A DNA stretch of 64,000 bases, from positions 1-64,000 of the IMG/VR virus record IMGVR_UViG_3300021431_004509; one strand, written 5' to 3'. Under the pieces are notes generated by a model. The model did no database searches. It worked only from the letters and a program-made list of their open reading frames with translations, and was not told the DNA's origin. Position 1 is the first letter of the stretch. The number at the start of each line of letters is the position of its first letter. This DNA is from a virus. Taxonomy: Duplodnaviria; Caudoviricetes. The translations under genes were made by a program, and so were the position numbers. Below, piece after piece: positions 60,095-64,000 of this stretch.

Positions 60095-60137
60095 CGCCCC
60101 TGACGGCCTGCACAGCGGCCTGACGGCCACGAGCGCC

Positions 60138-60345
60138 CCTGACGGCCTGACGGCCTGACGAAAGAAAATTTTCGTCAAGTGTCCCCAAAGGTCAAACGGC
60201 GTTACAGTCTAAGTGTAAGCGGTCAGCGCTTGCAGAAAACGCCTGACGGCCTGACGGCCTGACGAAAGAAAATTTTCGTCAAGTGTCCCCAAAGGTCAAA
60301 CGGCGTTACAGTCTAAGTGTAAGCGGTCAGCGCTTGCAGAAAACG
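60138..60345 (+). repeat. Perfect 104-bp tandem duplication carrying CCTGACGG 8-mers, the palindrome TGACGAAA-N6-TTTCGTCA and the 31-bp motif
   Basis: Units start at 60138 and 60242; motif copies at 60180-60210 and 60284-60314. Confidence 0.9.
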
Positions 60346-60757
60346 CACCACCGAGCGCAAGTCGGTGTGAGATCATGCAGCTAACTGCATGTAACCTTGT
60401 GCATAATCAAGGCGTCGCCAGTGGATGGGAGTAGGCCCATTGTTCGGATAGTGAAAGCCGCTGTGAGTGCTGAGTATCGGCAGCCGGCCGTGTATAGCTT
60501 CGGCCGTGACAATGTGATACCGTCACATTCGACACGCTGTCGCGCTGCGCCCTACCGCGTCAAAATTGGGGCGATATATCCAAATGATTTCAGCCTTGCG
60601 CCGTGGTGCGTGTACACGTTTCCGACGTGTACGTTTATCCGGCATATCTCCGATGTGACGGATCGCATGTAATCGGCGCTTGGCTGATTGAAATTGATAT
60701 ATTTTACACACGAAAGCGTGTGGTAGAGCGCCCGCCTGATTACTCCGGCGGGCGTTG
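60318..60757 (+). ncRNA. Candidate large structured ncRNA or 5' leader
   Basis: More than 10 consecutive hairpins and a multibranch domain (60588-60693); no credible ORF. Confidence 0.55.
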
Positions 60758-60804
60758 AATTATGCGCTTTATGTGCAAATTATATCAAAAGGAGAAAAAG
60801 AAAA

Positions 60805-61578
60805 ATGGCTGAAGAAAAAACCCTGAAGACGATGTATAACGAGGTGATCGCTAATGCGAACGCCGTCGTCGTCGCGATGAATGAGCACAAGCCTCAGAAA
60901 GAGGTCAAAGCGCTCAAAAAGGTTTGCAAGGAGTCGGTCGATCTCTATAACGATCGCCTTGCAAAGGCGTACTACATCCGGCTCTCCGAGGAGCATGGCC
61001 ACGACGCTGTCAAGGTCGCTCTTGAGGCCGAGGAGACCGCAATCCCCGATGCAATCGGCATCTCTTTCAAGGTGACTGATGACGATGTCGCCTTGTTCAG
61101 CGAAAACAAGCCCATCGTGAAGATGAACCTCGTCAAGATGCAGCAGGCTATCGGGCCTGAGTACTTTCACAACAAAGACTGGTTTGCCCGCGTCAATGTC
61201 CTTGCCCGGCTTATGGCGGTCGCTCTGAATGAGGAGCTCGGCGGCAGTGCCACGTTCCAGTACATCCTCGATGAATCCGCGAAAGAATTCAAGCTCAGCG
61301 CCGACGCCGATCCGAAGTCGGTCAAGTCCATGGTCAAGGCGTTCCAGCAGGTCATCGACGACGTCCTGTGGATCGACACGCTCGATAAGAGCGGGAACCA
61401 TGTCAACGGCATCAAGTTTACCTCGAAGCAGTGGGCCTATATCCGCGACTGCATGAGCAAGCAGGGCGGGAAGATCGGTGAAGTCCTGTACGGTTCCCCG
61501 GCAAAATGCACCGAGCTCGTTGCGGATTGCATCCACCTGATTCTGACCAACAAGGGCTGCACCCTCAAGGTCGGATAA
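60805..61578 (+). CDS. Highly expressed early hypothetical protein
   Basis: AAAGGAG SD; strong codon bias. Confidence 0.8.
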   Translation: MAEEKTLKTMYNEVIANANAVVVAMNEHKPQKEVKALKKVCKESVDLYNDRLAKAYYIRLSEEHGHDAVKVALEAEETAIPDAIGISFKVTDDDVALFSENKPIVKMNLVKMQQAIGPEYFHNKDWFARVNVLARLMAVALNEELGGSATFQYILDESAKEFKLSADADPKSVKSMVKAFQQVIDDVLWIDTLDKSGNHVNGIKFTSKQWAYIRDCMSKQGGKIGEVLYGSPAKCTELVADCIHLILTNKGCTLKVG

Positions 61579-61593
61579 TTCAATCGGCCACCG

Positions 61594-61625
61594 GGCGGGG
61601 ATGAAAATCCCCGCCCACGGTTTTT
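61594..61625 (+). terminator. Terminator-like hairpin
   Basis: GGGCGGGGAT-GAAA-ATCCCCGCCC then ACGGTTTTT. Confidence 0.55.
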
Positions 61626-61703
61626 GACGATCGGCAACGTCTGCCCATTCGGTTGGGTTTTTGCCGACGGTTTAGGGCTGCTGTCCGATAACAAGCCATT
61701 TAT

Positions 61704-61755
61704 GGCTCCATGCACAAGCGTCCACGTCGCGGGGCTGGGTTCGGCAGATTGTGCA
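61704..61755 (+). ncRNA. Minimal HDV-like self-cleaving ribozyme 1
   Basis: P1 GGCTCC/GGGGCT (G1.U), P2 TGCACAA/TTGTGCA, P3 GCG/CGC, L3 TCCACGT, P1.1 CC/GG, J4/2 CAGA. Confidence 0.8.
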
Positions 61756-61779
61756 ATCTATCGACGGGGGTTTGGTTTT

Positions 61780-61938
61780 ATGTCCTACAAGATTCGTATC
61801 GAACGGATTTCCGACGGCGAATCGTTCGGGGAATCTGACCTTATCCCGGTCGCAGATATCGGCGAGTATCTCAAGGTCTTATCTAAGCCGAGTATGTTCG
61901 GCGGCGGGGATTTTCGTTTCGTACTCATCCCGGCATAA
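61780..61938 (+). CDS. Small early protein (MSYKIRIER...)
   Basis: 52 aa, GGGGG SD-like run, just 3' of ribozyme 1. Confidence 0.55.
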   Translation: MSYKIRIERISDGESFGESDLIPVADIGEYLKVLSKPSMFGGGDFRFVLIPA

Positions 61939-61978
61939 AATCGCGGGTTTCTAAAACGTATCGAAAGTGAGGGTTTTT

Positions 61979-62173
61979 ATGTCCTATGAACTGTTTTGCT
62001 CCAAAGTGCGGGGTATTTGTTCTCGCGCTGGGTTATCCGCGGTTTTCTCCCATGAGGACGGGAAACATGTGGCGAGGGTTTCCGATGGTTGCATCATTAT
62101 CGGGAATTCTGTCGCACCGTCTGTCGTGATTCGTGATCCACTGCGGAATCATTGCTTCAGAACTGCAATTTGA
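61979..62173 (+). CDS. Small early protein (MSYELFCSK...), paralog of 62301..62492
   Basis: GAGGG SD; shared 'MSYELF...FS...G...A....G..I.GNS..PSV.I'. Confidence 0.7.
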   Translation: MSYELFCSKVRGICSRAGLSAVFSHEDGKHVARVSDGCIIIGNSVAPSVVIRDPLRNHCFRTAI

Positions 62174-62220
62174 TTTCTTCACCATTCCTCCTTTGTTTTG
62201 GCGGGGCTTATGCCACGCCA

Positions 62221-62270
62221 CCTTAATGCAGCCGATGCCGGTCACAAGCCCGGATAAATGCAGAGTGGGG
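62221..62270 (+). ncRNA. Twister (type P1) self-cleaving ribozyme
   Basis: CCT-TAA-TGCA-GC-CGAT-GCCGG-TCAC-AA-GC-CCGG-ATAAA-TGCA-GA-GTG-GGG follows the twister layout: UAA cleavage loop, P2 TGCA/TGCA, P4 CCGG/CCGG, pseudoknot CAC/GTG. Confidence 0.85.
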
Positions 62271-62300
62271 AATTTTATAATTGAATATCGGGGTGATCCC

Positions 62301-62492
62301 ATGTCTTACGAACTATTTAAGGACCGCTGTATTCTTATCGCGCATAGACATGGCGTGGAAACAGATATCGAATTCAGTGACGAGGGTGGGTATTACACAG
62401 CAACATTCCAGAACGGGGATGTCATCGTCGGGAATTCGATATGCCCGTCTGTGCGGATTTTCCATAAGAACGGAAGAATGGAGCGCGTATAA
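62301..62492 (+). CDS. Small early protein (MSYELFKDR...)
   Basis: GGGGTGA SD; paralog of 61979..62173. Confidence 0.7.
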   Translation: MSYELFKDRCILIAHRHGVETDIEFSDEGGYYTATFQNGDVIVGNSICPSVRIFHKNGRMERV

Positions 62493-62550
62493 AATAGAAA
62501 AACTGTGGATTTTTGTGCGGTTACATGTTAAACTGCACAAGGGTGATTGA

Positions 62551-63267
62551 ATGAAGTATCAGGAAATACGTGAGGCATTTCCGGAGTGTGGGGTTACTGT
62601 TTCTCCGCAGGGAATATCGCTGGTTTTTCCGTATTATATTCCAGACCGCTGGGTTAGTGCGCCTGTAAATGAGGATCAATTCCATAATATGCAGGTTTTT
62701 CAAGAACTCCTGTCATGTGATTCCATTGAGATTGCTTTATCCCCCGGGAAATACGCTAAAATGCTTTTTAATATGCAAATCGCTATAGGGAATTCGCTGA
62801 TGTTTCCACCATTAAACAAACCGCAATCAGGTGATGAAATTATAGCGGAGGCTTCGGAGGGCTTTTTAGCTGACGAGGAATTTGTTGATATATTTAAGGA
62901 TATTGATCCTGGAAATATTGAGGAAATCCTCAACGGTTTTCAGGAATTGAATGAGCGTAAAAAGGGGATCATTGCGAAGACTCCGATGACACTAAGTGGT
63001 GTCCAGCGTTGGAAAATTTTACGCGAGGAATCAGAGGAATTTCTTAAAAGGAATTTGCCGTGGGAAAGATCGATTGAACCTCCAACGAAAGGAATCGACT
63101 TCGGCACGATCGAATTTTACATAGAAGCTAGTCAACTGCTGGTTTTTAAGATATGTCAAACCGATATGCCGGCATTTCGTAAAATGTGTTTCGCGGCTGC
63201 TAGTTTTGATATCTCAAGCCATATCGAAAATGATTTTGCGAACATGGTTTTTGATGTTTTTTCATAA
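62551..63267 (+). CDS. Hypothetical protein
   Basis: 238-aa ORF with SD, visibly more AT-rich than its neighbours. Confidence 0.65.
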   Translation: MKYQEIREAFPECGVTVSPQGISLVFPYYIPDRWVSAPVNEDQFHNMQVFQELLSCDSIEIALSPGKYAKMLFNMQIAIGNSLMFPPLNKPQSGDEIIAEASEGFLADEEFVDIFKDIDPGNIEEILNGFQELNERKKGIIAKTPMTLSGVQRWKILREESEEFLKRNLPWERSIEPPTKGIDFGTIEFYIEASQLLVFKICQTDMPAFRKMCFAAASFDISSHIENDFANMVFDVFS

Positions 63268-63291
63268 TAGGTAATTCAATAATTATCATGT

Positions 63292-63318
63292 ACACCACCG
63301 AAACTCGGTGGTGTTTTT
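63292..63318 (+). terminator. Rho-independent terminator
   Basis: ACACCACCGA-AAC-TCGGTGGTGT-TTTT. Confidence 0.75.
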
Positions 63319-63387
63319 AATTGCTATCATTCTTTTTCCATACCTCCTTTCTTTCTCATCGGGGCGGGTTTTCCATCCGCCCCACAT

Positions 63388-63441
63388 GGCACCATGTACA
63401 AGCCTCCACGCGGCGGTGCTGGATAATCAACCGATTGTACA
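63388..63441 (+). ncRNA. Minimal HDV-like self-cleaving ribozyme 2
   Basis: P1 GGCACC/GGTGCT, P2 TGTACAA/TTGTACA, P3 GCC/GGC, L3 TCCACGC, P1.1 CC/GG, J4/2 CCGA; covaries with ribozyme 1. Confidence 0.8.
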
Positions 63442-63535
63442 ATAGGATGACGCCCGGCCAGGCTCCGTATGGACATGGGCAATAGCCGCCATGGCCGGGG
63501 CATCCGACAAAAAAAGGGGTTATGCGTGGAACGAT

Positions 63536-63835
63536 ATGTCGTACATGGTATCAAAGAATACCGTAGTTTTCGGCGGACATGAAACGTGGTTAAAGGCCAT
63601 AAGGCTGGAATTGTCCGGGAAAATAAGGTATGTGGGACGCGAGGAATCGTTTAACACTCTGATTATCAGGAACGCAGAGGTTATCTGGATTCAGCCGAAT
63701 GCCATCGCTCACAAGCAGTATTACAAAATAATAAACGTATCCAGAAGATACGGGAAACCTGTGCGGTATTTCAAAAATGCAAGTGCTTCTATCTGTATCA
63801 AACAGATAAAGGAAGCAGACGGCGGAAACGCATAA
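63536..63835 (+). CDS. Small alpha/beta protein (DUF2325-like)
   Basis: 'VVFGGH..W', 'A.VIW.Q.NAI.H..YY', 'PV.YF'. Confidence 0.6.
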   Translation: MSYMVSKNTVVFGGHETWLKAIRLELSGKIRYVGREESFNTLIIRNAEVIWIQPNAIAHKQYYKIINVSRRYGKPVRYFKNASASICIKQIKEADGGNA

Positions 63836-63847
63836 AGGGGGATTCTT

Positions 63848-64000
63848 ATGGGAGATAATTGGGGTTTGCATCGGTGGTATTACAGCAAGACCACCGGGGA
63901 AATCGTCAAGACCATCGGCGAGGTTATCCGCCACGCGGCGTTTAACCTGTTCAAGTTCCGGTTGCTGGATTTTCGCTGGGCCGTTATCTGGCTCAATCAG
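63848..64000 (+). CDS. Partial hypothetical protein running off the window
   Basis: AAGGGG SD, ATG at 63848, open to the end of the window. Confidence 0.4.
   Translation, partial: MGDNWGLHRWYYSKTTGEIVKTIGEVIRHAAFNLFKFRLLDFRWAVIWLNQ

Noticed and set aside
60138-60345. CRISPR array or hammerhead ribozyme (CTGACGA..GAAA)
   Set aside because: The units are identical with no unique spacers and no cas genes. Hammerhead stems II and III cannot form.
60769-61536. 255-aa minus-strand ORF
   Set aside because: Shadow of the strongly codon-biased 257-aa gene.
61660-61700. Pistol-like ribozyme (GACGGTTTAGGG...)
   Set aside because: The complementary pseudoknot strand and conserved core are missing.
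1-64000. tRNA genes, rRNA genes or IS elements
   Set aside because: None recognised by eye; tRNAscan-SE and ISEScan would be needed to exclude them formally.

Overview
This window is about 64 kb of a large, probably SPbeta-like siphovirus of a Clostridia/Bacillota host (family and host are inferred from protein families and gene order). From ~57.7 kb leftwards almost everything is one minus-strand block: SF2 helicase-like gene, YonO-like single-subunit RNA polymerase (apparently with an ATT start), metallophosphoesterase, tyrosine recombinase, HU, terminase, portal, head genes, tail tube, RusA, tape measure, Dit/Tal, paralogous tail proteins, YadA-repeat fibre, a GT2 glycosyltransferase, BppU proteins, two LRR/DUF6273 adhesins, endolysin and holins. 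Both adhesins end in diversity-generating-retroelement (DGR) variable repeats. Only the last ~78 codons of the DGR reverse transcriptase remain, fused to the second target's end, so the DGR looks frozen. Right of ~57.7 kb is a divergent control region: two consensus sigmaA promoters, an ECF-sigma-like gene flanked by outward-facing 31-bp repeats, a 104-bp tandem duplication and a ~440-nt densely structured non-coding RNA candidate. It is followed by small early genes separated by three predicted self-cleaving ribozymes (two minimal HDV-like, one twister). All calls come from reading the sequence and recognising motifs; no database searches were run.
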